A stretch of DNA of 64,000 nucleotides from an uncultured Nitrospiraceae bacterium (GCA_963705105.1 CAVPIW010000014.1:32001-96000), one strand, 5' to 3'. Positions 30,966-41,106 are shown, counted from the first letter of the stretch. A program made the numbers and translations. Notes: generated by a model from the sequence alone, not told the origin.

Positions 30966-32063
30966 TCAGGGGGTTGCAGAGATGCAGCCCTTTTCTTTTT
31001 CCATGCTGTGATAATTTTGTGATAGAATCAGCGCCGTCCCCGTGTTGTCAATCGCGTTGAACGCTTCCTTCAGGTCATCCGGCAACAGATGTGCATACCT
31101 CATGGTCATTCTGCTGTCCTTATGTCCCATTGCATGTTGAACGTCAACGAGATTTTTCGTTTTCCTGAGCATCAGGGTTGCAAAGTCATGCCTGAGATCA
31201 TGAAGCCTCAAATTATCCACTCCTGCGCGTCTACAGGCCCGTGTAAAGGCCATTGACACCTTGTGGGGCGTATATGGCCTCCCATGGTCATCACAAAAGA
31301 CATAAGGGCTTACAACCTTCCTGTCTCTCATGAGAGCGAGAAGCGTATCATGGACAATAGAAGTCATGACGATACCGACAGGATCACCGTTCTTCGTCTT
31401 GTCGACAATGAGACGTTTTGAAGCAAAGTCCACCTGTTGAGTTGTCAGGCTAAGCAGGTTCTTCCGCCTCAATCCCGTCTGACATGCCGTTATAACAATC
31501 GGCTTTAGCCATCCGGGAATCGTGAATCGCAGTCTCTCGGCCTCTTCCGGCAGCACATATCGGACTCTTCTTTCTTCCTGAGGGAGAGATTTCATGATCT
31601 TCCTCACAGGGTTTTCTTTGCACATCTCCCATTCATCAATCGCGATATTGAAGATCTGCCGAAGCAAAGAAAGCTCCTTCTTCACAGTGTCCGGTAAAAC
31701 AGTCCTGCCTCTCTTGGTGACCGTCCGAAGTCTTTCAGATTTGTACCTGCTCAGAAGAGGCGCTTGCACTTCGTCGAGCAGAGTGTCACCGAAAAAGAGT
31801 TTGAAATGTTTCACAATGTGCAGGTTTCTTTCATGGCTTGCCGGTCTGAGCGGCGATACCTCAGTCATGAATCTTTCTAAGACCTCTACCATGCTGATAC
31901 TGACAGGTCTGTCGAAGAACCTGCCTTCCTCGATATCCGCCATTGTCTTGACGTATATCCTTTCAGCGAGCCTCTTGTTCTGTGTTCCGGTGCTCTTCCG
32001 CTCCTGCCGACCATCCACAACAAAAGACATCCACCAGGTCTTCCCTCTCCGGTAAAGTCCCAT
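30966..32063 (-). CDS. Tyrosine recombinase / phage-type integrase
   Basis: MGLYRRGKTWW arm domain, TGLRR, KTKNG, HDLRH, MGH, RYAH. Confidence 0.95.
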   Translation of the reverse strand: MGLYRRGKTWWMSFVVDGRQERKSTGTQNKRLAERIYVKTMADIEEGRFFDRPVSISMVEVLERFMTEVSPLRPASHERNLHIVKHFKLFFGDTLLDEVQAPLLSRYKSERLRTVTKRGRTVLPDTVKKELSLLRQIFNIAIDEWEMCKENPVRKIMKSLPQEERRVRYVLPEEAERLRFTIPGWLKPIVITACQTGLRRKNLLSLTTQQVDFASKRLIVDKTKNGDPVGIVMTSIVHDTLLALMRDRKVVSPYVFCDDHGRPYTPHKVSMAFTRACRRAGVDNLRLHDLRHDFATLMLRKTKNLVDVQHAMGHKDSRMTMRYAHLLPDDLKEAFNAIDNTGTALILSQNYHSMEKEKGCISATP

Positions 32064-32321
32064 TTATTTGCTCACCACCTTCCTGGGACTTCTGACTCTG
32101 GCAGTTTGAGCATTTGCATTATACTCACCGGAGGGGGTAGTTCTACAAGTGGAAGGGTTGCTCTTATGAGATTCAATCCACTTGTGGATATCATCGAGGT
32201 CGAACCGAAGAGCGCCGTTCAGCTTGAGGCAGGGGATTTGTTTCGATTTCGCCCACTGGTAAAGGGTTTTAGGTTTTACCTTTAAGAACTCTGACAGTTC
32301 ATTAATTGTAATTATCTTCAT
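32064..32321 (-). CDS. Excisionase-like HTH DNA-binding protein
   Basis: ITINELSEFLKVKPKTLYQW...IPCLKLNGALRF; abuts the integrase. Confidence 0.85.
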   Translation of the reverse strand: MKIITINELSEFLKVKPKTLYQWAKSKQIPCLKLNGALRFDLDDIHKWIESHKSNPSTCRTTPSGEYNANAQTARVRSPRKVVSK

Positions 32322-32389
32322 CTCTCCCCTAATGCCTGAGCTATACCTTTGTTGTACGTTCTTATATGTATAGTCATTTGTTCATGCCC

Positions 32390-33178
32390 TTATATGTCAT
32401 TTGTCACTTTCATGATTGCTGCTCTCGGCGGTTTGGGAATGGGGAAAATACGACGGACTTCTGTTGCCTTGCCCTCCCATTTTCGCGGGATACCGGGCTT
32501 GAATTCAATTAATCGGTAAGCGGCCAATTCTTCAAGCGCACCCTTAACGTACTTGGGCGTGATCCCTGCCATTTTGGCTATCTCCGTGTGATTTTCATAA
32601 ATGACACTGCCGGGTTTCATTCCCTTACGTTTTTCGAGTTCCGGGAGCGCCATCCAGTAAACCAGCACAGCCTTGTTCTTAAGAATTTGTTGCCAGTGAT
32701 ATCTGAAGAAGGCTCTATAATCATGTGTTGAACGGTCTGATTGCCCCTTCGCGTACTCGCACAAATCAGCCCCGACACAATATTCCCTAAGATTAGGGTG
32801 TCGGCAACTATAGTTATAGGCGTTCCTCAGAGCAGTGCCGGTTGTTGACTGCAACGCACTGTGTTTAATTGGCGGCTGGTTCGCCTTATTCCACTTCACG
32901 AGTTCATGCAGTAGTCTGCCTCGGTCAAATCCGATCTTCACAAACTCGGCAGCAATGACAGCGCTGATTTCACTCCTGCTTGGGATGTCTCCCTTGTGAA
33001 ATGAAGACCTGAGCATTAACCCAACACATGGCCGGAGAGCCTTGGGGTTAATGCGTAAATCCCCAGATGCCTCGCCATGGGCAACAAGTCCCTGAAATTG
33101 ACGATCTATGTCAGGCTCTATTTCGTGAATGCTGCCCGTTGTTGTCATTGCGCTTCTCTTTTTCCATTCTCTCTTCAA
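32390..33178 (-). CDS. Hypothetical island protein, possibly replication-related (primase C-terminal-like region plus wHTH)
   Basis: WNKANQPPI motif, YSC..C...C, EIAKMAGITPKYVKGALEEL; position next to xis. Start uncertain. Confidence 0.5.
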   Translation of the reverse strand: MKREWKKRSAMTTTGSIHEIEPDIDRQFQGLVAHGEASGDLRINPKALRPCVGLMLRSSFHKGDIPSRSEISAVIAAEFVKIGFDRGRLLHELVKWNKANQPPIKHSALQSTTGTALRNAYNYSCRHPNLREYCVGADLCEYAKGQSDRSTHDYRAFFRYHWQQILKNKAVLVYWMALPELEKRKGMKPGSVIYENHTEIAKMAGITPKYVKGALEELAAYRLIEFKPGIPRKWEGKATEVRRIFPIPKPPRAAIMKVTNDI

Positions 33179-33413
33179 ACTCTCGCTTCATAGCAAACAC
33201 CCTCGACTTAAGCAATTTGACTGTATTCGCCAACTCATTGGCCTTCACAATCGCACCGGAGTTGTAGGCAGATAGGGCTTGCAGTAGTTGCGGAGAAAGT
33301 TCAAAGCTAAAAACAACCTTTTCATTTTCTGTGACGAAGGAGGGAACAAAGCCCTTGAGGATAAGGAAACTTGCCTGGTAGACATCGAGGGTCGTATAGC
33401 AGTCTTTCATCAT
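33111..33413 (-). CDS. Small island protein (DUF5659-like)
   Basis: YTTLDVYQASFLILKGF...KVVFSF; family recalled from memory. Confidence 0.5.
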   Translation of the reverse strand: MMKDCYTTLDVYQASFLILKGFVPSFVTENEKVVFSFELSPQLLQALSAYNSGAIVKANELANTVKLLKSRVFAMKREFEERMEKEKRNDNNGQHSRNRA

Positions 33414-33986
33414 TTTCCATTCTCTTGGATCACTCTTGGCTCAAACCTGAGATCTATAGTGTCAGTCTATAAAAGGAAGGAGAAGAAAGACTATGGAAAG
33501 ATAATAAAAGATTATGTTTCTATGTGGCCGTCGTTTTGTGCAATATACACATTATTTGATGACGTTCCGGACCTCGTTACTTGCTATGAGGCTATGCCAC
33601 GGCCAGCCTCCTTGCAGACTCGTGCAAGGAGGCTGGCCCTTCTGCTGGTGAACCAACAGGATGGCTTTATTACAGAACAACTCTTCCGTGATCCAGGCGA
33701 CTTCCAGATGATGTTTGAGATAGGACTGCATCTCCTTGAGCTTGAGCCTTCGAGATGGCTTTTACCGACCCTCCGTGAGGCAAGGGACCGACAGGTGTGT
33801 TAGCGGAGTTTGTCGATAAGGACAGGGGGGCATTCTTCTTGACGTGAGGATCGATGCTGCAGTAAAATTTGCTGCTTGGTGTAAAACTTCTGCTTTTTGG
33901 CTGCTCAATCATACCTGTTTCGGGTACAGTCTCCGGCGAAACGGGGTTGACAGTTCAATATCAGTAGCATAGGGGGTGTTGACTAT

Positions 33987-35357
33987 GAGGTAAGATCAAA
34001 AAGTGTGTAAATGAGTGAAAAGGCGGTGTATCCTTAATCAGTTGACCTGGAATCAACGAAGAGAAAGGAGACACCACCATGGGAAAGAGTATCACCGAGG
34101 CAGTTGAGCCGTCAAGGGTGACGTACGAGGCATTGGAAGGCATGGTACGGCAGAAAGTACAGCAATACATCCAGGACATACTGGAAGAAGAAGTCGAGAT
34201 CTTTTTAGGGAGGAAGAAATCCGAGAGGATCAAGAAGGTGGATAGCAAGCGGGGGTATTGGAACGGACACGGGAAGGGGAAGAAGTTCACGCTGATGAAC
34301 GGGACGATCACGGTCCGGCGTCCTCGTGTGCGGGGAGCGGAGGAGAGATTTCAGAGCAAGATCCTGCCTTTTTTCACGCGTCGGTCCAAAGAAGTGGGGC
34401 AGCTCCTGCCGGAACTGTATCTCCACGGACTGGCGCAGGGGGATTTTGATTTAGCGCTTCGGGGGTTATTGGGAGAAGGGGCGCCGCTGTCGTCCTCGTC
34501 GATCCAGCGGCTGAAGGGCAAGTGGCAGTGCGAATACGACGAGTGGAAGGCTCGGGATCTTTCCGGGCTTGAGGTCGTCTATCAGTGGGCGGACGGGATA
34601 TACGTGAAGGCCGGGCTGGAGAAGGATAAAGCAGCATTGCTGGTGATCATCGGTGCATTGGTGAGCGGGGAAAAGGTACTGTTGGCCTGCGAGAGCGGAT
34701 ATCGGGAGAGCAAGGAATCCTGGGCAGCGGTCCTGCGGGATCTGACCGCTCGGGGACTGAAGCTGGGCACAGTGACGGTTGCCGATGGCCATTTGGGAAT
34801 ATGGTCAGCGTTGGGAGAGCTTCATCCCGAGGGCAAAGAGCAGCGGTGCTGGAACCATAAGATAACCAACGTGCTGGATGCGATGCCCAAGAGGATACGT
34901 ACCGAGGCGGGCGAGTATCTCACCAAGATCCCCTATGCGGAGACGCAGGCAGAGTGTGAGAGGCTCAGGGACAGCTTTATCAGCCGATATGAGAGGGATT
35001 TCCCGAAGGCGACGGAGACCCTGAGGAGAGATTGGGAGCGAATGGTGACGTTCTATTCATTGCCCAAGGAGCACTGGGTCCATATCAGGACGACCAATGT
35101 AGTGGAGTCGCCGTTCAGTGCGGTGCGGCTGAGGACGGACGCAGCCAAGCGGTTTAAGAAAGTCCAAAGCGCGACGGCGATGATCTGGAAGTTGCTGGGA
35201 GTCGCTGAGAAGAGATTCCGCAGGCTCAAGGGATATTGGTTACTGAGGGATGTCCACGAGGGGAAACACTTCACAGACGGCATTGCCGTCGAGCAGGAAG
35301 AGTCTGTCGAAAGGATCGCCGCCTAATGGCTTTTTACACACCTATTGACATGACCTC
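33987..35357 (+). mobile_element. IS256-family insertion sequence (1371 bp) with 8-bp TSD
   Basis: IRL GAGGTAAGATCAAAAAGTGTGTAAA and IRR (rc) GAGGTCATGTCAATAGGTGTGTAAA match 20/25; TSD TTGACTAT at 33979-33986 and 35358-35365. Confidence 0.93.
34079..35326 (+). CDS. IS256-family (Mutator-like) DDE transposase
   Basis: PRVR, LYLHGLA, WADGIY, ESKESW, VADGHLG, QRCWNHK, RTTNVVES. Confidence 0.93.
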   Translation: MGKSITEAVEPSRVTYEALEGMVRQKVQQYIQDILEEEVEIFLGRKKSERIKKVDSKRGYWNGHGKGKKFTLMNGTITVRRPRVRGAEERFQSKILPFFTRRSKEVGQLLPELYLHGLAQGDFDLALRGLLGEGAPLSSSSIQRLKGKWQCEYDEWKARDLSGLEVVYQWADGIYVKAGLEKDKAALLVIIGALVSGEKVLLACESGYRESKESWAAVLRDLTARGLKLGTVTVADGHLGIWSALGELHPEGKEQRCWNHKITNVLDAMPKRIRTEAGEYLTKIPYAETQAECERLRDSFISRYERDFPKATETLRRDWERMVTFYSLPKEHWVHIRTTNVVESPFSAVRLRTDAAKRFKKVQSATAMIWKLLGVAEKRFRRLKGYWLLRDVHEGKHFTDGIAVEQEESVERIAA

Positions 35358-35363
35358 TTGACT

Positions 35364-36047
35364 ATGATGAAAAGGGTTAGAAGTCTAAACGTTGTTTTTG
35401 TTCTACTTGCCGTATTCTTTATTTCTACGTTGTGCGCGCATGCTGAATTATTTAATCGTGGCACCGACGTCAATGGCAACGGCCTGATCTTTGACAGTGA
35501 TCTGAATATCACATGGTACGATTATTCCAATTCCTCCACCAATTGGCAGGGACATATGGACTGGGCAGAAAACTTGACAGTGGATTTTGGCGGCATTACT
35601 TTTGGCGACTGGCGTCTGCCGACAACTGTGGGTGAACCCTATCATTGGGGTTATGACGGAACCACTACGGCAGGTTGGAACATAACGAACAGCGAGATGG
35701 GGTATTTATTCTATACAGAACTTGGAAACAAGGGCTATATTTCGACCAATAATCAATTTGAAGTGGAATGGGGATTATTAAATAAAGGACCTTTTATAAA
35801 TCTACAACCTGAAGGCTACTGGTCTGGCACAGATGACCCGAATGATCATAATCGATCATGGCTCTTTCAATTCTCAAGTGGCTATCAAGACTTCTATAGT
35901 AAAGACCAATTACAGTATTATGCCTTTGCAGTGCGTTCAGGAGATGTTGCGGTGGTCCCTGAACCAACGAGTTCTATTCTCATTATTACAGGCGGAACGC
36001 TATTGTTAGTCGTGAAACGCTTTTCAAAGAATAAGGGAACGCGCTGA
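35364..36047 (+). CDS. PEP-CTERM sorting-domain surface protein (DUF1566-like core)
   Basis: Signal peptide; DWRLPT, YWSGT; C-terminal VPEPTSS + hydrophobic segment + KRFSKNK. Confidence 0.85.
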   Translation: MMKRVRSLNVVFVLLAVFFISTLCAHAELFNRGTDVNGNGLIFDSDLNITWYDYSNSSTNWQGHMDWAENLTVDFGGITFGDWRLPTTVGEPYHWGYDGTTTAGWNITNSEMGYLFYTELGNKGYISTNNQFEVEWGLLNKGPFINLQPEGYWSGTDDPNDHNRSWLFQFSSGYQDFYSKDQLQYYAFAVRSGDVAVVPEPTSSILIITGGTLLLVVKRFSKNKGTR

Positions 36048-36142
36048 TAGGGTCGGCGCGGACTTAAGAAATAGCTGACAAATGCGTTGAGAGATTTTGC
36101 ACACATGAATTCTGACAATTGTCCGTTATGTGCAATTAGGAT

Positions 36143-37003
36143 TTATAGGCCTTTGAATTTGCCTTTGCCTGCAAGTTTAATCAGTTCATCTGCAACCTTG
36201 TATTTTTTCCATGCAAGTCCCCGCAGTTCTTCCTTAGAATAAAATTCTCCCTCTCTATCTACTGCCCACCTTATCGCTTCTGCTGTCAAAAGGAAATTGT
36301 CTGTCTTCTGCTGCAAATCCCACACGGTAAAAGCTTCATCCCACTTTAAAAAATCCTTTCGATCTGACCTTGGTTTAGCTATGCCCCGTAATCTTTTTTT
36401 GAGTTCCTTGATGATCATGCCAAGGGGCATCTTCACATTGATTGCAAACAGCTTATAGGCTTCGTCCTCATGAATAACGCCGCTCTTAATGTCATCATAA
36501 CTTACCGATTTCACCATAAACTGTCCCAGGAGTCTGCCGAGATGGGTCTCAGATAGGTAAGGAAGGTAATCGCTGAAAGTAACAGACAAGTCTTCGATTG
36601 TCTTCTCTTCGGGCCTCAGGTCGTCAATATCAGATGCAATAAGTCCAAATTTCTTTTCAGCCGCCGCCATGATCTCCACTTCTTCATGTTCTATCCTGCT
36701 TTCTATTGCCTCAAGCTCAGAAACGAGATCCCTGATCTCTTCAACCATATCCTTCTCCCCATGTGGTGGCCCATACGCCTTCACGGTGTCTAAGAATTCA
36801 TAGGCACGGCATCCGATATTTTGCTCGTAAGACCATATTTCTAACTCGATAGAATCTCTTTCTTCTTTCATGGAATCAATAGAATCTACATTCGCTTCTT
36901 TATAGAACATTTGGTACTCTTCGCTTCGTATCAATGCCTTCCATCTGAAATAAATGAGGTTATCGTAATCGGAATAATCTGACGGATTATAAGACGTTCT
37001 CAT
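36143..37003 (-). CDS. Hypothetical protein (island)
   Basis: 286-aa ORF with AAGGA RBS in AT-rich DNA; no motif recognised. Confidence 0.7.
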   Translation of the reverse strand: MRTSYNPSDYSDYDNLIYFRWKALIRSEEYQMFYKEANVDSIDSMKEERDSIELEIWSYEQNIGCRAYEFLDTVKAYGPPHGEKDMVEEIRDLVSELEAIESRIEHEEVEIMAAAEKKFGLIASDIDDLRPEEKTIEDLSVTFSDYLPYLSETHLGRLLGQFMVKSVSYDDIKSGVIHEDEAYKLFAINVKMPLGMIIKELKKRLRGIAKPRSDRKDFLKWDEAFTVWDLQQKTDNFLLTAEAIRWAVDREGEFYSKEELRGLAWKKYKVADELIKLAGKGKFKGL

Positions 37004-37344
37004 TTCCTTTTTTCATTGTCCGGAAGTGTTAGATGTTCACTTATATCATTTGCGAGGAGTTATTTTCAATGCCCAAATAGGCACAGGTTCGCAAAGAAGG
37101 GGCACCCTTTAACGGAGACTGTTCATAGGGTAGAAGGGATTGAAGGTATGGGGTGTACCTGGAGTCCTATGCCGGTTCTCAACCAAAAAACCTGAATAAA
37201 AACAGAAATCAGACCGGATGTATAAAAAATACCTATTTTTTATACAGAGCAGCGTCCGACATGAGGAATGCCGAGATATGCAAATAGAAAAAATAGGAAA
37301 AAAAAGAAAAAGACAGAAAACACCGCGTAGAGGAGGTCTCAACA

Positions 37345-38094
37345 ATGAAAAGATTGATAGGGTATGCACGGGTATCGACCGACAACCAGAAAGACGAAGG
37401 GACCATTGAGATTCAGCACAAGGCATTGCAGGAATTCTCAGAGGAACACGGTTACGACTTCGTTCGGGTCTTCAATGACGAGGGAGTAAGCGGCTCTAAA
37501 GACCTTGAGCACCGGCCAGGAATGGCCGAGATGTTCGATTACCTCGAAGCGCATGCCGATATCTGCGGCGTCCTTATCTTCAAACTCGATCGCTTGGCCC
37601 GTGATCTCTACATCCAGGAACACTTGCTGCGGAAACTCCAGGACATGAACAAGACCCTTATATCGATCAAAGAGCCCGACGTATGCAGCAATGACCCCAT
37701 GAGAAAGGCTTTCCGGCAGTTCATGGGAATCGTCGCTGAACTGGAAAAGAGCTTTATCACCATGAGGCTTTCTGGCGGTAGAATCAACAAAGCCCGTAAG
37801 GGGGGATACAGCGGCGGATGCCCTGCAATGGGTTACAAGGCGGCAGACAAAGAGCTTGTTATTGACCCTGTGACGGCGGAGACAATCAAGACCATATTCA
37901 GGTTGAGACAAGACCGGAGAATGACTTTAAGAGAAATTGCAGGGTATCTCAATGATGCCGGCACCGCAACTGCAAGGGGCGGCATGTGGTATGCCGGAAC
38001 GATCAAGTATGTTCTCGATAACACCATTTATCGGGGACTCACTCAGTATTCTGGTATTAAAGCCAAAAGAAAAGAATTAACCTTAATCAACTAA
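37345..38094 (+). CDS. Serine recombinase (resolvase plus recombinase domain)
   Basis: GYARVST, DEGVSG, KLDRLARD, AELEK, GY, LREIAGYLN...TARGG.W; RBS AGGAGG. Confidence 0.9.
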   Translation: MKRLIGYARVSTDNQKDEGTIEIQHKALQEFSEEHGYDFVRVFNDEGVSGSKDLEHRPGMAEMFDYLEAHADICGVLIFKLDRLARDLYIQEHLLRKLQDMNKTLISIKEPDVCSNDPMRKAFRQFMGIVAELEKSFITMRLSGGRINKARKGGYSGGCPAMGYKAADKELVIDPVTAETIKTIFRLRQDRRMTLREIAGYLNDAGTATARGGMWYAGTIKYVLDNTIYRGLTQYSGIKAKRKELTLIN

Positions 38095-38268
38095 AACATA
38101 GGGCAAAGAAGAATTCAAGCGCCATTTTTTAATTTCTTGGCTGCTTCTTTGTATAATTCTTTTGCCGTTGACGCTCTCTAATCATGTTGCAGGAAAGATT
38201 ATTTTCACATTGGTCTCTCATGTTTATAACGCCGACAGAAAGAAGAGAATTCAGTGAAAATAACTTAA

Positions 38269-38706
38269 TTATTTGGATGCCGGGATTACCGTTTTGTATC
38301 CAACAACATAAACGTTGTACTCCGGCTTTTCTATTTTTTCATCTGTAATAGTTGTATCATTGGTCTCAAATTTGCCAATACCATTTATGACAGGGATAAA
38401 GTCCAGGCGCTCTTTGTTTGTCGCTGTTTTCAATCCGCCCTTGATTCGAGTTATTTTGATCATTACAATATATGGCTGCCTTACGAAGGCAGGTTCCCCT
38501 ACAGCCATAATAATACCCGTTCCATAATAGCCCTTCTGCTCCCATCCAAAAGGCCTAAAAGGTTTTTTGTGATATTGAAGATCTAATTCCTTCACCTCAA
38601 AAGAAACTCTTGGACTTTCTGTAACGCCTGTTTTTGATCCACACCCTGCAAACAATAATAGGGCAAGAAGGGCAAGTAGAATTCTTCTCATGACCGTTCC
38701 TGTCAT
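38269..38706 (-). CDS. Lipoprotein, paralog of 38703-39134
   Basis: Lipobox LFAG-C; shared motifs FEVKE, Y.G.G.I.AVG.P, PY.V, KGG, NGIG, EK.E.PEY. Confidence 0.75.
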   Translation of the reverse strand: MTGTVMRRILLALLALLLFAGCGSKTGVTESPRVSFEVKELDLQYHKKPFRPFGWEQKGYYGTGIIMAVGEPAFVRQPYIVMIKITRIKGGLKTATNKERLDFIPVINGIGKFETNDTTITDEKIEKPEYNVYVVGYKTVIPASK

Positions 38707-39134
38707 TTATTACTGATTTGCGAAGTCAGTTGAACGTGACCGATAATATCTATCTTGTATTCTGGTTGTTCCAACTTTTCTTTACCCCACATGTTGTCAA
38801 AAGTGGTGATCTGTCCAATTCCATTGACAACCTCAATAATTCTTGTAGAAACCTTTTCTGTATCGGTTTCTCTACCGCCCTTAACTTTGGTCAATTGAAC
38901 AACAACGAGATAAGGTTTCTTTACAAGTTCAGGATCGCCTACTGCGGCAATCGTACCACGTCCGGTATAAGATTCGCTTCTGAAAATAGAAGACCTGTCT
39001 TCCTTGTGATCAAGGGTAAATTCTTTAACCTCAAAGCCGATATTATGAATTGCGGAGCTTGCAGATTTGTTCATTCTCGATTCACAGGCTACAAACAAGA
39101 TGCAGCACATTAAAATTAAGGCAAGTTTTTTCAT
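38703..39134 (-). CDS. Lipoprotein, paralog of 38269-38706
   Basis: Lipobox LFVA-C; RBS GGAGG; same shared motifs. Confidence 0.78.
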   Translation of the reverse strand: MKKLALILMCCILFVACESRMNKSASSAIHNIGFEVKEFTLDHKEDRSSIFRSESYTGRGTIAAVGDPELVKKPYLVVVQLTKVKGGRETDTEKVSTRIIEVVNGIGQITTFDNMWGKEKLEQPEYKIDIIGHVQLTSQISNK

Positions 39135-39982
39135 GTATTGATTCCTCCGGTGATAGAATTCAAAAAAACTCTCCTCAACTGAAGGTAATATACCACATAA
39201 GACGGAAGTAGGACTGAATCAATTTTTCAAGGGGTCGGGGCACACCCTTGAGGGGTTGGCCGCCAGAACTGGGCAGGGCGGTATGATCTGAACACCGCAA
39301 GGGGATGACAGCGGTTTTTATGCTGGCATGAGCGAGCCGAGCATGATGCACGGCATTTTCGAGTCCATAACACTGCAAATGAATTGTGATAGATTTGTGA
39401 TAGAAAATAGCGCTAAGGATGGAAAACAAGATAGCGATCAGAAAATATGGATTGCCGGGATAAGTGTCAATAACAATGTGTTGTGCTCAAACTGCCGTCA
39501 GAAGCCCTTTTAAATTTGTTGCTACCTTTGCCCTTTCAAGGCTGTAACACCGGTTCGAATCCGGTTGGGGACGCTCGAACATTCAGGGGGTTGCAGCGAT
39601 GCAGCCCCTTTCTTTTTCGTCCTGTGCAACAGGCGGTGAAGCTTGCGGCTTTACGGTCTTCAGTCACTCGTGGGCCGCGATTTTGCAAAGCCGAATATCG
39701 GCTGAAACATAAGGTGATATCATGACCCTTCATGTTCAAGGGCGAAGATCGCGGTGAACGATGACCTGTCACGACCTCGCGCATGTCTGCTATGATTTAT
39801 AGGATGAGATTATTCCGCCCTCCTGAGGTTTGTTCCATAGCGGGACACTTTTCGTAAAGCGCAGGGAAAAAAGGAGAGGATCGGATGAGCAGTTCACCTG
39901 TCCGGAAGTATTTCAGCGCTGATCTCATTTTGCGGACCTCGTGCTGACCTGCGCGCAGGCGGAATAGAGAGGGGCATGAACG

Positions 39983-40708
39983 ATGAAGAGGACAATAAAG
40001 AAACTGATACCAAAGAGGTTTCGCAAAGACGACGCGTATCACGAAGCGTTTCACCGTCGGGAGTTTATGAGGAGAGCCTTCACAATGCTTGCCTTCAATG
40101 AGATTTCGGGAGATTATGCGGAATTCGGCAGCTGTGGGGGCCTGACATTCACATTGGCTTATCAGGAGTCGCGCAAAAAGGCATTCAACTGCACGCTTTG
40201 GGCATTTGACTCTTTCTGCGGACTCCCTCCTCAATCAGTGCCTGAGGATCAACACCCCCTGTGGATTGAGGGGACTATGAAGATGACCCTGGAAGACTTT
40301 ACGGCAACATGCAGGAAGAATGACATTCCGGAATCGGACTACCGCACCGTCGCTGGTTTTTACAGGGACACCATTTACAATGTTGAGCCGCAGGACCCCC
40401 GTTTTCCCGCTGACATTTCACTGGCCTACATCGACTGTGACTTATACAGCTCAACAAAGACTGTACTGAACTTTCTGTCTCCTCGCTTCAAGCACGGCAT
40501 GATCATCGCTTTTGACGATTACTATTGTTATTCAAGAACCGCCTTGTCGGGAGAGCGGAAGGCCTTCATTGAATATCTCGGCACGGAGCGGCGATATCAC
40601 TTCTTACCCTACGTTCAGTTCGGCTGGCACGGAATGTCCTTTATTGTAGAAGACAACATCTTCCTGAAGGAATCAGATGCTGGACCGGAAGATCGGGACC
40701 TGTCATGA
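39983..40708 (+). CDS. TylF/MycF-family O-methyltransferase
   Basis: GDYAEFG, WAFDSFCGLP, GFY.DT, AYIDCDLYSST, FDDY. Confidence 0.85.
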   Translation: MKRTIKKLIPKRFRKDDAYHEAFHRREFMRRAFTMLAFNEISGDYAEFGSCGGLTFTLAYQESRKKAFNCTLWAFDSFCGLPPQSVPEDQHPLWIEGTMKMTLEDFTATCRKNDIPESDYRTVAGFYRDTIYNVEPQDPRFPADISLAYIDCDLYSSTKTVLNFLSPRFKHGMIIAFDDYYCYSRTALSGERKAFIEYLGTERRYHFLPYVQFGWHGMSFIVEDNIFLKESDAGPEDRDLS

Positions 40709-41106
40709 AACAGAAACGTGTCGATGCCGCAGGCACTGATTATGAAGGATTCAAGGCGGCACGGGAGGTTGATTTCCTGATGACCATAGACGGCAAGCCC
40801 CCTGCAGCAAAAAGCCGGCCTGACAACGGGTCCGGCCGAAGCGATGGCAGGCGGCCCTCCATTTCCATTTCCATTGATCTTCTCATCCGGAAGCGGTCGT
40901 CAGGGTCAGGGTGCCGGTCACAAAATTAGTTTATGGATTCATAATATTTTTGTGTTGGACAGGCAGTCATTTTGGTGATATTCGATTAGTAGACATGGGG
41001 TGTCCTTTTTTATTTGACAGTGGCAGTGTCGGCTCTGTTTCATGGTAAAATTAAGAAGCACATCACTCAACATTTCCAACTATACACTGGAGACAGGAGA
41101 CCGGGG

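Larger units (their letters stand above)
30913..39596. mobile_element. Integrative island in tRNA-Glu (~8.7 kb)
   Basis: Perfect 67-bp direct repeat 30913-30979 = 39530-39596, continuing with 2 mismatches through the terminator. Integrase is adjacent and the interior is AT-richer. Confidence 0.93.

Noticed and set aside
39530..39573. Second tRNA-Glu gene
   Set aside because: Only the 3' half is present; it is the att repeat.
39983..40708. TylF methyltransferase as island cargo
   Set aside because: It lies outside attR, although its composition hints at a separate acquisition.
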